DNA from: an uncultured delta proteobacterium
Lineage (GTDB): Bacteria; Desulfobacterota; RBG-13-43-22
Direction of reading: 5' to 3'
NCBI GenBank assembly: GCA_963843145.1
Contig: CAWJJC010000019.1
Span: 1 to 64,000, forward strand
Length of the DNA: 64,000 bases
The notes under the pieces are model-generated. The model saw only the letters and a program-made list of their open reading frames with translations, did not search any database and was not told where the DNA came from. Position 1 is the first letter of the stretch, and the number at the start of each line of letters is the position of its first letter. Made by a program: the position numbers and the translations under genes. Shown here piece by piece: positions 27,952 to 39,790 of this stretch.

Positions 27952-30429
27952 ATGGAAAAGTCTTTGTTGATCGTGGAGTCCCCGACCAAGGTTCGGACCA
28001 TAAAAAAATACTTAGGCCCCGATTTCGATGTCCGGGCTTCCCTGGGACACCTGAAGGACCTGCCTCCCAATCTGCTGGGAGTGGATGTGGAACATGATTT
28101 CAAACCGGAATTCCAAATCATCTCCGGGAAGAATAAGGTCCTGAAAGACCTGAGACAGGCCGCCCAGAAAGTGAAGCGTATTTATTTGGCCCCCGACCCG
28201 GACCGTGAAGGCGAAGCGATTGCCTGGCATATCGCCGAAGAATTGGCCGATCCGAAAAAAGAGTTCCATCGGGTTTTATTTCATGAATTGTCCCAGCGGG
28301 CTATTCAAGAAGCCATTCAGCATCCGGAACCGCTGAATGAGAATCGGTTCCAATCCCAGTTGGCCCGCAGGATTCTGGACCGTTTGGTAGGGTATCAGAT
28401 TTCCCCCCTGCTCTGGCAGAAAGTCAAGCGGGGGCTCAGCGCCGGCCGGGTCCAATCGGTTGCCGTGCGCCTGATCTGTGACCGGGAGAAGGAAATACAG
28501 GCCTTTAACTCCAGAGAGTACTGGTCGATCACGGCGCTGCTGAGCCCGGAAGAGGGGGTGGCCCGAACTGCGGACGAAAGCCCGCCGTCCACTTTTGAGG
28601 CCAAGCTCCTCAAAATTCAGGGCAAGGCGGCCAAGATCGCCAACCAGGAGCAGGCCGATCGGGTTGTTGCCCAACTTTCAGGGGAATCTTTCCGGGTCAC
28701 CCGAGTCGATCGGAAAGAGCGACTGCGAAACCCCTCCGCCCCCTTCACCACCAGCCAGTTGCAGCAGGAGGCCTTTCGGAAGCTCCGTTTTCCGGCTAAA
28801 AAGACCATGTTTTTAGCCCAACGGCTTTACGAAGGGGTAGAGGTGGGCGACCAGGGGTTGGTAGGGCTGATTACCTATATGCGTACCGATTCCACCCGGG
28901 TCTCCAAAGAGGCGCTGGAGGCTGTTCGAGGCCATATCGCGACGCAATACGGCCCGGAGTACCTGCCGGCTCGTCCTTTAAGCTACCCCAATAAAAAGGG
29001 GGCCCAGGACGCGCACGAGGCCATCCGGCCCACCTCTCTGGATCATACTCCGGACCGGATCGCCTCTTTTCTGGAGAAGGATCTGCTGGGCCTTTATCGG
29101 TTGATCTGGAATCGTTTTGTCGCCAGTCAGATGAAGCCGGCCAAAATCGACCAGACCTCCGTGGATATTGCCGCCGGAGAGGGGCTCTTCAGGGCCACCG
29201 GCTCGATCCTGAAATTTCCCGGTTTTACCAAGGTCTATGTGGCCGGTAAAGACCTGACCGAAGGAGAGACGGTGGAAGAGGACAAGGCCGCTCAACTTCC
29301 CGACCTCCGGATGGAACAACTGCTGACGCTCTGGTCTCTGAACCCCAAACAACATTTTACTCAGCCTCCTTCTCGTTATACCGAGGCCACGCTGGTCAAA
29401 GAGTTGGAGGAAAAGGGGATCGGCCGACCCAGCACCTACGCCGCCATCATCTCCACTATTCAGGATAAGGAGTACGCCAACAAAGAGAAACAATTTTTCC
29501 GTCCCACGGAGCTCGGATTTTTGGTGACCGATCTCCTGGTAAAAAATTTTCCCGATATCCTGGATGTCCAGTTTACCTCCCAAATGGAGAATAACCTCGA
29601 TCTGATCGAAGAAGGAAAAATGAACTGGATCCGAGTGCTGGAGAATTTTTACCAGCCTTTCACGGAAGCGCTGGTTAAGGCCAAGGCTGAAATGAAACAA
29701 GTCAAGGGTCTGGGGTTAAAAACCGATATCGTCTGTCCCCAATGCAACCAACCGATGACCATTCGCCTGGGAAAGAACGGGCCTTTTTTAGCCTGTTCCG
29801 CCTATCCTCAATGTAAGCAGACCCTGAATTTTACCCGTGACGAGCGGGGTAAGATCCAACCCCAGGAAGAGGCCCCCGAGGCGTCCTCGGAAAAAAACTG
29901 CCCCCAATGCGAGAAGCCGATGGTGGTTCGGAAAGGCAGGTTCGGCGCCTTCTGGGCCTGTTCCGGCTATCCCCAGTGCCGGGAAACCCAGCCACTGACC
30001 TCCGGCGGACAGGCCCCGGTCGCCTCGGCGGCCGTCCCCACCGGCCAGGTTTGCCCCGAATGCGGCGGGGCCATGCTTCTGAAAAAGAATCGATTTGGCG
30101 GTGAATTTCTGGCCTGCGAGAAATATCCTCAGTGCAAGACCGCTCGGTCGCTGGAAACGGACATTCCCTGCGCAACTCCGAACTGCACGGGGAAACTGGT
30201 GCCGCGGATGACGAAGAGGGGGTTGCGCTTTTACGGCTGCAGCCGTTACCCGGAATGCAATTTTCTTCTCTGGGGAAAACCGGTCCAGCAGCCTTGTCCG
30301 GAGTGCCAGTCGCCGCTGTTGGTGGAAAAGACCAGTAAACGGGAGGGAACCTACCTGGCTTGCCCGAATAAAGAATGTGGCTATAAAGAAAGCAAGGCGC
30401 AGGAGGATTCAGGGCCGGGAGGGGAATGA
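27952..30429 (+). CDS. topA: DNA topoisomerase I with C-terminal zinc ribbons
   Basis: IVESPTK, DPDREGEAI, SAGRVQS, LITYMRTDS, GIGRPSTY; repeated CPxC. Confidence 0.97.
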   Translation: MEKSLLIVESPTKVRTIKKYLGPDFDVRASLGHLKDLPPNLLGVDVEHDFKPEFQIISGKNKVLKDLRQAAQKVKRIYLAPDPDREGEAIAWHIAEELADPKKEFHRVLFHELSQRAIQEAIQHPEPLNENRFQSQLARRILDRLVGYQISPLLWQKVKRGLSAGRVQSVAVRLICDREKEIQAFNSREYWSITALLSPEEGVARTADESPPSTFEAKLLKIQGKAAKIANQEQADRVVAQLSGESFRVTRVDRKERLRNPSAPFTTSQLQQEAFRKLRFPAKKTMFLAQRLYEGVEVGDQGLVGLITYMRTDSTRVSKEALEAVRGHIATQYGPEYLPARPLSYPNKKGAQDAHEAIRPTSLDHTPDRIASFLEKDLLGLYRLIWNRFVASQMKPAKIDQTSVDIAAGEGLFRATGSILKFPGFTKVYVAGKDLTEGETVEEDKAAQLPDLRMEQLLTLWSLNPKQHFTQPPSRYTEATLVKELEEKGIGRPSTYAAIISTIQDKEYANKEKQFFRPTELGFLVTDLLVKNFPDILDVQFTSQMENNLDLIEEGKMNWIRVLENFYQPFTEALVKAKAEMKQVKGLGLKTDIVCPQCNQPMTIRLGKNGPFLACSAYPQCKQTLNFTRDERGKIQPQEEAPEASSEKNCPQCEKPMVVRKGRFGAFWACSGYPQCRETQPLTSGGQAPVASAAVPTGQVCPECGGAMLLKKNRFGGEFLACEKYPQCKTARSLETDIPCATPNCTGKLVPRMTKRGLRFYGCSRYPECNFLLWGKPVQQPCPECQSPLLVEKTSKREGTYLACPNKECGYKESKAQEDSGPGGE

Positions 30430-30512
30430 TAGATGGAATAACCCGTTTAACGGTCTCATAATTGGAGCAACATCTTATTTTAATCTGAGAATTTACTTCT
30501 ACGTGATTCTGT

Positions 30513-30673
30513 AAATTCGAAATCCGAAGCACGAAATCGACTCGGCTGAGCTCGTCGCAGGCCGAAACAAGCACGAAAGTCAAAAATCCAAATGATCAAA
30601 ACAAAAACGTTTCGAATTTTGAAATTTGATCATTTGAATTTGTTTCGGATTTCGATATTCGGATTTCGAATTT
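30513..30673. repeat. CGAAATC/GATTTCG-periodic inverted-repeat element (family A), copy 1
   Basis: AAATTCGAAATCCGAAGCACGAAATCGA...TTTCGGATTTCGATATTCGGATTTCGAATTT; reverse complement of 37607-37742 plus a ~23-bp insert at ~30541-30563. Confidence 0.8.
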
Positions 30674-32015
30674 GTTTTATTCCGACCCCTTGAACCCAAC
30701 CAATAGACTTTTGATCATCGGCGCCGGTTTGGCGGGCTGTGAGGCGGCCTGGCAGGCCGCCCGTCGGGGGATCGACCTGGAATTGTGGGAGATGAAACCC
30801 CGGCGATTCAGTCCGGCGCACCATTCACCCGATCTGGCTGAATTGGTCTGCAGCAATTCCCTCCGCTCCTCTGACCTTCAAAACGCCGCGGGACTGCTCA
30901 AGGAGGAGATGCGTCTCCTGGGGTCCCTGGTAACGGAATCGGCCCGGATCAACCGAGTCCCGGCCGGGAAAGCCCTGGCCGTGGACCGAGAGGGATTCGC
31001 CCGGTACATCACCCGGAGGATCCGGGAAAATTCGAAAATGCAACTGGTCTCCCGGGAAGCGTCGGATCTCCCGCCCTGGCGCCCCCTGATTCTGGCGACC
31101 GGTCCTTTGACGACGGATGAACTGGCCTCCGCGCTGGCCTCTTTTCTGGGGAGGGAGCATCTGCATTTCTATGATGCCATTGCCCCGATTGTTTACGCCG
31201 AAACCATCGATGAGACCAAAGCCTACCGGGCCTCCCGCTACGGCCACGGGGGGGATGATTATATCAACTGTCCGCTGTCCGAAGACGAGTATCGTCTTTT
31301 TGTCAGCCGACTGCTGGAGGCCGAACAAATACCCCTCCATCCTTTTGAATCCCAAAATTATTTTGAAGGCTGCCTCCCGATTGAAGTGATGGCCCGGCGC
31401 GGGGAAGAAACCCTGCGTTACGGTCCAATGAAGCCCGTAGGACTGCCCGATCCCCGGACGGGGAAGATCCCTCAGGCCGTGGTTCAACTGCGACAGGACA
31501 ACGCCGACGGTTCGCTTTACAATATGGTGGGCTTTCAAACCAAACTCAGGTGGAAAGACCAGGAGCGGGTCTTCCGTCTGATCCCCGGCCTGGAACAGGC
31601 CGAATTCGCCCGTTTGGGAAGCGTCCATCGGAATACTTTTGTGGACGGGCCCCGGGTATTGCTTCCCACCCTGCAGTTGAAGACGGACCCGGAAATATTA
31701 TTAGCCGGTCAGATCACCGGAGTGGAAGGGTACGTGGAATCAGCGGCCATGGGGATCCTGGCCGGGATCAATGCCGCCAGGCTGATGGCCGGCCGGCCTC
31801 CGGTGGTTCCGCCTCCGACGACCGCCCTGGGGGCCCTGAGCGGGCATATCGTTCGGGAGGGCCCATCGGATTTTCAACCCATGAATATCAATTTCGGCCT
31901 TTTCCCAAGCCTGCCGGGCAGGATCCGCCGCCGGGAAAGAGGTGCTCATCATGCCCGGAGGGCGTTAGCGGATTTTCAAACCTGGATGGCAGCCGAGGGG
32001 CTGGAAACTGAATAA
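30672..32015 (+). CDS. trmFO: Methylenetetrahydrofolate--tRNA-(uracil-54)-methyltransferase TrmFO (Gid)
   Basis: IIGAGLAGCEAAWQ, ELVCSNS, GPMKPVGL, NMVGFQT, GQITGVEGYVES. Start may be TTG 30690. Confidence 0.95.
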   Translation: MFYSDPLNPTNRLLIIGAGLAGCEAAWQAARRGIDLELWEMKPRRFSPAHHSPDLAELVCSNSLRSSDLQNAAGLLKEEMRLLGSLVTESARINRVPAGKALAVDREGFARYITRRIRENSKMQLVSREASDLPPWRPLILATGPLTTDELASALASFLGREHLHFYDAIAPIVYAETIDETKAYRASRYGHGGDDYINCPLSEDEYRLFVSRLLEAEQIPLHPFESQNYFEGCLPIEVMARRGEETLRYGPMKPVGLPDPRTGKIPQAVVQLRQDNADGSLYNMVGFQTKLRWKDQERVFRLIPGLEQAEFARLGSVHRNTFVDGPRVLLPTLQLKTDPEILLAGQITGVEGYVESAAMGILAGINAARLMAGRPPVVPPPTTALGALSGHIVREGPSDFQPMNINFGLFPSLPGRIRRRERGAHHARRALADFQTWMAAEGLETE

Positions 32016-32159
32016 TGAACGTCGAACATCGAACATCCAACATCGAATGGTTAATGGGAAAAGATGAAGAAGCCGAAATAGGCATTCCCTCCTCGGCAAG
32101 GGGGGGGTGTTCTTCATAGTTCGATGTTGGACGTTCATCTTTTCAGTGACCCTTCCACA
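32015..32159. repeat. Family B periodic inverted-repeat element, copy 2
   Basis: ATGAACGTCGAACATCGAACATCCAACATCGAATG...GTTCGATGTTGGACGTTCATCTTTTCA...CCCTTCCACA. Confidence 0.75.
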
Positions 32160-32189
32160 TTCCGTCCAGTGGGAGAATAACCTACCGCA

Positions 32190-32600
32190 CTAAATCAGCG
32201 GCGTGACCAGGGTCTCCGGTTCGTCCGCACCATCGGTCCGGTTTCGAAAGGCCACCAGATAGAGCACGGTCTTTCCTATGTTTTTGACCGCGTGTTTGAC
32301 TCGGGGCGGGATGATCAGATAGGTATGCTGGTCGGCCAACTGTTTTTGCTGAATGGCGTCCGAACCTTCATCCTGCCAGACGACCAGGAAAGGGCCGCCG
32401 CAGAAAAGAAGCCATTCCGTGACCCGGGGATGGACGTGGTTTCCCCGGATGGAGCCCGGTTCCAGGGAGACGGTGTGGAAAGAAGCCCAGTCGAGGGATA
32501 ATCCGGCTGCCAGGGGGCTTACGGTAAATGGAGTAAAAGTCCAGCCCCGCGGTTCCAGCCGAAAATGGTCCGGCAGGGATACAATTCGCAATGCATTCAT
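32190..32600 (-). CDS. Cupin-fold protein (WxcM/sugar epimerase-like)
   Basis: PGSIRGNHVH..VTEW...IIPPRVKHAVKN. Confidence 0.7.
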   Translation of the reverse strand: MNALRIVSLPDHFRLEPRGWTFTPFTVSPLAAGLSLDWASFHTVSLEPGSIRGNHVHPRVTEWLLFCGGPFLVVWQDEGSDAIQQKQLADQHTYLIIPPRVKHAVKNIGKTVLYLVAFRNRTDGADEPETLVTPLI

Positions 32601-33620
32601 CGACAGCTCCTATTTTATTTATACATCAAGGGGCTCTGGGAGACCTCTTGCTGTCCCTCCCGGCCCTCTATTCTCTGAGAACCTTCCACAATAACAATCC
32701 TTGGACCCTGGTAGGCAACACGGCCAACCTGGCTTTGCTTCATCAGCGTTTCTATGCCCAGGTCATCCGATCCCACCATGAAAAGGAATGGTCCTATTTG
32801 TATCGGGAGAGGCCCTCGCTTCCGGAACGGTTCCGTCAATTTCTGGAAGCATTCGAGCGGGTCTACGTTTTTGCGCCCCAATCCCCGGAAGTGGTGATTC
32901 GAAATCTAAAAGCCAGCGGCGCTTTCCCGGTGGACTGGATCCCCTCCTTCCCGGAGGCCAAGCGAAAAGAGGCCGTTCCCGCAGTGCAGCAGAGGGCTTT
33001 AGCGGCCCGGGGTGTCCCCTGGGTTTCCCCTCAAAAGCTCCTTTTCCCCAGCGATCAGGATCGGCAGGCGGGTCTTCAGGTCCTTGAGCGTTTGGGAATC
33101 GGGGGCCGGCCGGAAGTTCTTCCCTGGGCCATTCATCCCGGCAGCGGCAGCCGGACCAAAAACTGGCCCTTAGAGAAAGTTTTTGACCTTGGCCGATCAA
33201 CTCAAGGCCTTACAGAAATGGCAGCCTTTCTTTATCCTGGGACCGGCGGAGGAGGAAGTCTCTCCGGGGATGGCGCAAACCATTCAGGCCCATGGATTCC
33301 CACTGGTTCGCCACCTTCCCGTAACCGTGCTGGCGGGACTCCTCGAACTTTCCGCCGGCTATCTGGGCAATGATTCCGGAGTCTCTCATCTGGCGGCCGC
33401 CCTGGACCTTCCCAGCTTTGTTCTGTTCGGCCCCACCGATCCGAGACTTTGGGGCCCGGCGGGTAAAAGGGTCGTAATCCTCCGCTCCCAGGACTCCGGC
33501 GAGCCAGGCCGAGCGAAGGATTCTCTCCCGGAGGCCGAAGCAGGCGGTTGGGAGGGAATCCAGGTTTCGGATGTGCTGGCCGCGATCCTACGAAGTTCCC
33601 TTAACTCATCCTTTAAATAA
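32591..33620 (+). CDS. Glycosyltransferase family 9 (heptosyltransferase-like); frameshift at ~33178
   Basis: HQGALGDLLL and IHPGSGS..KNWP in the first ORF; GPAE, YLGNDSGVSHLAAA and LFGPTDP..W in the second. One extra A joins them. Confidence 0.85.
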
Positions 33621-33622
33621 AA

Positions 33623-34159
33623 TTAATCTTCCTTCTTTGTAAAGAGGGAGGAGTGGGGAATTTCCAGGCTTTCCGGGTGACCGCCACGGTCATCGGATTT
33701 AATCGGGAACTTTTGTCGATTCAGAGCTAGAAAAAAACCGCCTCTTTCGTCTTCTTCGATGTTTTGGGCGATCTGATAATAGGCGGCCCGAAGAAATCGG
33801 GCCGGTATCTGACCCCCCTTCACTAATCCGTATAAGACGTTCTCCCCGCTGAGCCATAAGGTTTGGGGGTCCAGGACTTCCTGCCGTTCGTCGTTCAAGG
33901 TCAAAAGGAGCGCTTCGTTTTCCTCAGGGCCGGCTGGGATTCGATCTACCCCCAGGATGACCAGGGGGGTATCCTCCACCTCGAGGACACACTTCTGATT
34001 GTTTAGATGGACCAGGTAACGGCCTTCCTCGTCTTTTTCCAGGTTCTGAATCAACCAGAGAAAGATGGGGCGATGGATGATCTCGGCGCCCTCATGAAAC
34101 CATTTACCTTCTTTCCCGACAAAGATCATACAGGGAGGAAGGGGCTCCGGGGTGTTCAT
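33623..34159 (-). CDS. DUF1285-like protein
   Basis: EGKWFHEGAEI, VEDTPLVI, ARFLRAAYYQ. Confidence 0.7.
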   Translation of the reverse strand: MNTPEPLPPCMIFVGKEGKWFHEGAEIIHRPIFLWLIQNLEKDEEGRYLVHLNNQKCVLEVEDTPLVILGVDRIPAGPEENEALLLTLNDERQEVLDPQTLWLSGENVLYGLVKGGQIPARFLRAAYYQIAQNIEEDERGGFFLALNRQKFPIKSDDRGGHPESLEIPHSSLFTKKED

Positions 34160-34314
34160 CGGGACGGAGCCTCGCTGGTGTGCCGGGCGTTGAAATTATT
34201 GAACAGACCGCAGGCCAAAATCATCGGGGTCTCCGTGATCGCTACGACAGCCCTGGTTTTCCCCCTCACGGAGCCCTGATCGATGTTTCTTCCGCTAACC
34301 ATAAAGGAACCCTC

Positions 34315-34764
34315 CTAAAAAGATTTCTGGCTGTCCAGGAGCAGCGTGACCGGCCCGTCATTGACAAGCTGGACCTCCATCATCTCCTGAAAACGGCCGC
34401 TGGCCACGGACAGGCCGGCTTCCATTGCCTTTTGGATAAATAGTTTGTAAAGCGGTTCAGCCTTCTCGGGGGGAGCGGAATGAGTAAAGGAAGGCCTTCG
34501 TCCTTTCCGGGTATCACCCCAGAGGGTGAACTGGGAAACAATCAGCAGAGAACCATGAATATCCAGCAACGAAAGGTTGAACCGGCTGTGACCATCGGCA
34601 AAGATCCGCAGGTGCAGGACTTTCTCCACCAGATAGCGCACATCCTCCTCCGTGTCGTCCCGACCGACCCCTAGAAATATCAACAGACCGAGGCCGATCT
34701 CCCCCACGGTTTCATTTTGAATTCGAACGGAAGCCTGTTTGACGCGCTGGACGACTAGACGCAA
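34315..34764 (-). CDS. dtd: D-aminoacyl-tRNA deacylase
   Basis: (M)RLVVQRV, LRIF, VSQFTL, KGRRPSF, NDGPVT; TTG start at 34764 gives a typical ~149 aa protein. Confidence 0.93.
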   Translation of the reverse strand: MRLVVQRVKQASVRIQNETVGEIGLGLLIFLGVGRDDTEEDVRYLVEKVLHLRIFADGHSRFNLSLLDIHGSLLIVSQFTLWGDTRKGRRPSFTHSAPPEKAEPLYKLFIQKAMEAGLSVASGRFQEMMEVQLVNDGPVTLLLDSQKSF

Positions 34765-35047
34765 AGGAGAACCCCCTGTTGTATATCCATTCGATCCGGT
34801 CCTGAGGCAGTATAGGACCATGGAATTCCGGGGGTCAAGGAAAAAGCTGCCCCGAAAAGGAGCTCTTTCCCGCGGCCAATTTTTACTTGGCATTCGAATT
34901 AGATAACTTTATAGTATCGGCCGGTGAACCAAGATTATCGCCGTAAAGGAGCATCCGTGAAAAAGTTGTTCTTTATCCTCTTAGGATCGTCTTTCTTACA
35001 AGAAGGACAACCCGCCGCCACAGAAGGGGAAGCTGAATTTATCCTGG

Positions 35048-35284
35048 ATGGAAAAAGGGGAGATGCAAGGAGTAAAGGGACTTATCCCGGTGCTGGAGGG
35101 CGTCGTCTACAACCTGGTCCATCAGAAATTTGAAAATGGAAAATGGATGCCCTTGGACCCTCCCGGTCTTGCAACCGTTCAATATGCCGGATATGCGGGA
35201 GCGGTTTCGGAGAAGCATTTCCGAAAAATGCTGAAGTTCAAGAGTGAAGAGTCGGGGTCCAAGGACAAAAAGAGAAAGAAATAA
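35048..35284 (+). CDS. Small hypothetical protein
   Basis: 78-aa ORF ending 4 nt before mpl; GGGGAG before an internal ATG; no recognisable motif. Confidence 0.4.
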   Translation: MEKGEMQGVKGLIPVLEGVVYNLVHQKFENGKWMPLDPPGLATVQYAGYAGAVSEKHFRKMLKFKSEESGSKDKKRKK

Positions 35285-35288
35285 ACCG

Positions 35289-36713
35289 ATGAATCATCAT
35301 CTGCCCCAGCCCATTCATCATATCCACCTCATGGGTATCTGCGGGACCGGCATGGGGTCCCTGGCCGGGATGCTGAAGGAGAGGGGATACCGGATCACCG
35401 GTTCCGACCAGACGGTATATCCGCCCATGAGCACGTTTCTGGAAAACCTGGGGATCCCCGTCCGGTTGGGATACCGCGCCGAAAACCTCAGCCCGCCCCC
35501 GGACCTGGTCATCGTCGGCAATGTGATTACCCGAAGCAATCCCGAAGCCCAGGAATTGATTCGTCTGGACCTGCCCTGTCTTTCCCTGCCCCAGGCCCTG
35601 GCCCACTTTTTTCTAAATGGAAAAATTCCTTTAGTCATAACCGGCACCCACGGGAAGACCACTACCTCGGCTTTACTGGCCTCCCTGTTGGATCAGGCCG
35701 GACTTTCCCCGGGGTTCATGGTGGGGGGGATACTTAAAGGTTTTGAGCGGAACTACCAGATCGGGTCCGGACCCTACTTTGTCATCGAGGGAGATGAATA
35801 CGACACCGCTTTTTTTGACAAGGGACCTAAATTCCTTCACTACCGGCCCCAATATGCCGTCCTGACCAGCATTGAATTCGATCACGCCGATATTTATCCC
35901 GATTTGAAGTCCATCCAGGAGGCCTTTGCCCGGTTTGTTGCCCTCCTGCCCCCAAAGGGGCTGCTGACGGTTTACGGTCCGGATTCCCGAATTCGGGAGA
36001 TCTTGGCCCGAGCCGTCTGTCCGGTGGAGACCTATGGCCTGGAAGGGGATTGGGACTGGCAGGCGAGAAATGTCCGGACCCATCTCTCCGGAAGCACCTT
36101 TGACGTGTTCCAACGAGGGATTTTTTTCCGAAGCTTCGATTCTCCTCTAGTGGGGGAACACAATGCCTTGAACACCTTGTCTTTGGTCTCCCTGCTCTCC
36201 CGGCTGGGATTAAGCCCGGAAGTCATGGCCCGGGGGTTGGCCGCGTTTCAGGGGGTCCATCGCCGACAGGAGGTGCGGGGGGTGAAGGCCGGGGTCACGG
36301 TCATCGATGATTTTGCCCATCATCCGACCGCGGTCCGCTTGACCGTTCAGGCCCTTCGGGCCCAGTATCTGGGGCGGCGGCTGATCGCCGTCTTTGAACC
36401 CAGAACCAACACCAGCCGGCGTTCGGTCTTCCAATCCGAATACCCTCGGGCCTTTGAGGGCGCCGACCGGATCATCATTCGCGAAGCGCCGGACCTGGCC
36501 AAGATCCCGGAAGGAGAACGATTTTCCTCCCGTAAACTGGTCGAGGATCTGAGGAACCTGGACCGGCAAGCCGACTATTTTTCGGATACGGATGCCATTC
36601 TGGCGTTTCTAAGGGGGGAGCTTCGCAGCGGAGATGTAGTCCTGATTATGTCCAACGGCGGTTTTGACAACCTGCACCAGCGACTCCTGGATAGTCTGGC
36701 AAGGGAGGTCTGA
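35289..36713 (+). CDS. mpl: Murein peptide ligase (UDP-MurNAc:L-Ala-gamma-D-Glu-mDAP ligase)
   Basis: HIHLMGICGTGM, VYPPMS, GTHGKTTT, EGDEYDTAFFDK, DDFAHHPTA, FEPRTNT, MSNGGF. Confidence 0.92.
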   Translation: MNHHLPQPIHHIHLMGICGTGMGSLAGMLKERGYRITGSDQTVYPPMSTFLENLGIPVRLGYRAENLSPPPDLVIVGNVITRSNPEAQELIRLDLPCLSLPQALAHFFLNGKIPLVITGTHGKTTTSALLASLLDQAGLSPGFMVGGILKGFERNYQIGSGPYFVIEGDEYDTAFFDKGPKFLHYRPQYAVLTSIEFDHADIYPDLKSIQEAFARFVALLPPKGLLTVYGPDSRIREILARAVCPVETYGLEGDWDWQARNVRTHLSGSTFDVFQRGIFFRSFDSPLVGEHNALNTLSLVSLLSRLGLSPEVMARGLAAFQGVHRRQEVRGVKAGVTVIDDFAHHPTAVRLTVQALRAQYLGRRLIAVFEPRTNTSRRSVFQSEYPRAFEGADRIIIREAPDLAKIPEGERFSSRKLVEDLRNLDRQADYFSDTDAILAFLRGELRSGDVVLIMSNGGFDNLHQRLLDSLAREV

Positions 36714-36807
36714 CGGACTCGTAAAAGTCCGTCAGCAGCCCGAGCGCGATTAAGCGCCGGGCTGGGGTAGGGGTGGCACCGTTTGAATTCACTTTGCGAG
36801 GTTATCA
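36711..36807. repeat. MITE-like element overlapping the mpl stop codon
   Basis: TGACGGACTCGTAAAAGTCC...ACTTTGCGAGGTTATCA ends, similar to 3179-3336. Confidence 0.5.
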
Positions 36808-36813
36808 GGTCTC

Positions 36814-37581
36814 ATGAAAATAAAGATACTCGGTTCCTCGGGTTCGGTGGCCCCGGGGCAAAACACGGCGGCTTTTCTGATCGATGATTTTCTGCTGCTG
36901 GATGCCGGGACGATCTCCCTCTCCCTCGACCGGGATGCCCAGTTCAAGATATCCCATATTTTTCTGACCCATGCCCATCTGGATCACGTCAAGGGTATCC
37001 CCTTCCTGGTGGACAACCTGGTGATGGCCCGCCCCAAGGCCCAGGTGACCGTCCTGAGCGGTCCGGAGGTCCTCCGGACCTTAAAAAGGCATATTTTCAA
37101 TAATCGCATCTGGCCGGATTTTACCCGCATTCCCAGCGTGGAACATCCGGTGTTGCGTTTCCAGGAAGTTTCCACCCGCTCCCCTTTCATCATCGGGGAT
37201 TATAGAATTTATGCGGCCAGGGTCAACCACGTGGTCCCGGCCTACGGCTATTTAGTGGAGGATAAGAACGGCCATGGGCTGGTCTATACCGGTGACTCCG
37301 GTCCGACGGAGGCCATTTGGAAACGCATGAAAGGCCATCAGGTCAACGTCCTGATCGTGGAAGTTTCCTTTCCCAATTCGCAAGGGCAACTGGCCCGGAG
37401 ATCGGGTCACTTGACGCCGGCGCTCCTCAAGAAAGAGATTCAGAAAATGCCCGTCCATCCTGAAAAGATTTACATCTGTCATCCGAAACCCGTCTATCGA
37501 CAGACCATCGAAAAAGAATTGGCCGGCCTTAAAGGGGTATCCCTGGCGATCCTGGAGGACGGGATGGAGATTCAAACTTAA
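36814..37581 (+). CDS. 3',5'-cyclic-nucleotide phosphodiesterase (MBL fold)
   Basis: ILGSSGS, LLDAGT, THAHLDH, FNNRIWPDF, YTGDSGP, VSFPN, GHLTP. Confidence 0.8.
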   Translation: MKIKILGSSGSVAPGQNTAAFLIDDFLLLDAGTISLSLDRDAQFKISHIFLTHAHLDHVKGIPFLVDNLVMARPKAQVTVLSGPEVLRTLKRHIFNNRIWPDFTRIPSVEHPVLRFQEVSTRSPFIIGDYRIYAARVNHVVPAYGYLVEDKNGHGLVYTGDSGPTEAIWKRMKGHQVNVLIVEVSFPNSQGQLARRSGHLTPALLKKEIQKMPVHPEKIYICHPKPVYRQTIEKELAGLKGVSLAILEDGMEIQT

Positions 37582-37606
37582 CCAAAAATAATTGAATTTT
37601 TGGTTC

Positions 37607-37742
37607 AAATCCGAAATCCGAATTTCGAAATCCGAAACAAATTCAAATGATCAAATTTCAAAACTCAAAAGACCTCGTTTGGGTCATTTGGATTTTGGAC
37701 CTTCGTGCTTGTTTCGGATTTCGTGCTTCGAATTTCGGATTT
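37607..37742. repeat. Family A periodic inverted-repeat element, copy 2
   Basis: AAATCCGAAATCCGAATTTCGAAATCCGAAAC...GTTTCGGATTTCGTGCTTCGAATTTCGGATTT between convergent genes. Confidence 0.8.
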
Positions 37743-37747
37743 ATTTT

Positions 37748-39433
<1,686 letters not shown>

Positions 39434-39514
39434 GGGGCGGTTTTTCTCCTTTATCGGATATTTCTTCGTGTTAGATTCGATTATTGACTATTCGGCGGCC
39501 AATAAGCAAATAGA

Positions 39515-39552
39515 AATAAAAAAGGAGCCGCCCCGCAGGGGCAAACTCCTTG
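39515..39552 (-). terminator. Rho-independent terminator downstream of tRNA-Lys
   Basis: Minus strand AAGGAGTTTGCCCCTGCGGGGCGGCTCCTT followed by a T-run. Confidence 0.6.
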
Positions 39553-39559
39553 GAATTTG

Positions 39560-39635
39560 TGGTGGGCCGTCCCGGGCTCGAACCGGGAACCTACTGATTA
39601 AGAGTCAGTTGCTCTACCAGTTGAGCTAACGGCCC
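39560..39635 (-). tRNA. tRNA-Lys (anticodon CTT)
   Basis: GGGCCGTTAGCTCAACTGGTAGAGCAACTGACTCTTAATCAGTAGGTTCCCGGTTCGAGCCCGGGACGGCCCACCA; 76 nt, encoded CCA. Confidence 0.96.
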
Positions 39636-39688
39636 GAAAAATAATTTTTTTAGCATAAGTCCTAAAAAATTACAAGAAAAAATATTTT

Positions 39689-39775
39689 GGGAGAAATAGG
39701 GGGGAGGGGCGAAGAGAGAGGGAAGAAAGAAGATGGAAGATGGAAGAAAAAAGAAGGGAGAGGGGCGAAGTTAGA
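39689..39775. repeat. Purine-rich GGAAGA(T/G)-periodic tract
   Basis: GAAGATGGAAGATGGAAG...; similar tracts at ~21858-21910 and, on the other strand, ~47585-47640. Confidence 0.55.
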
Positions 39776-39790
39776 AAAAAAGGCTTTGAA

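Noticed and set aside
39560-39635. tRNA-Lys as an island integration site
   Set aside because: No integrase and no duplicated tRNA 3' end were found; the flanks are housekeeping genes.
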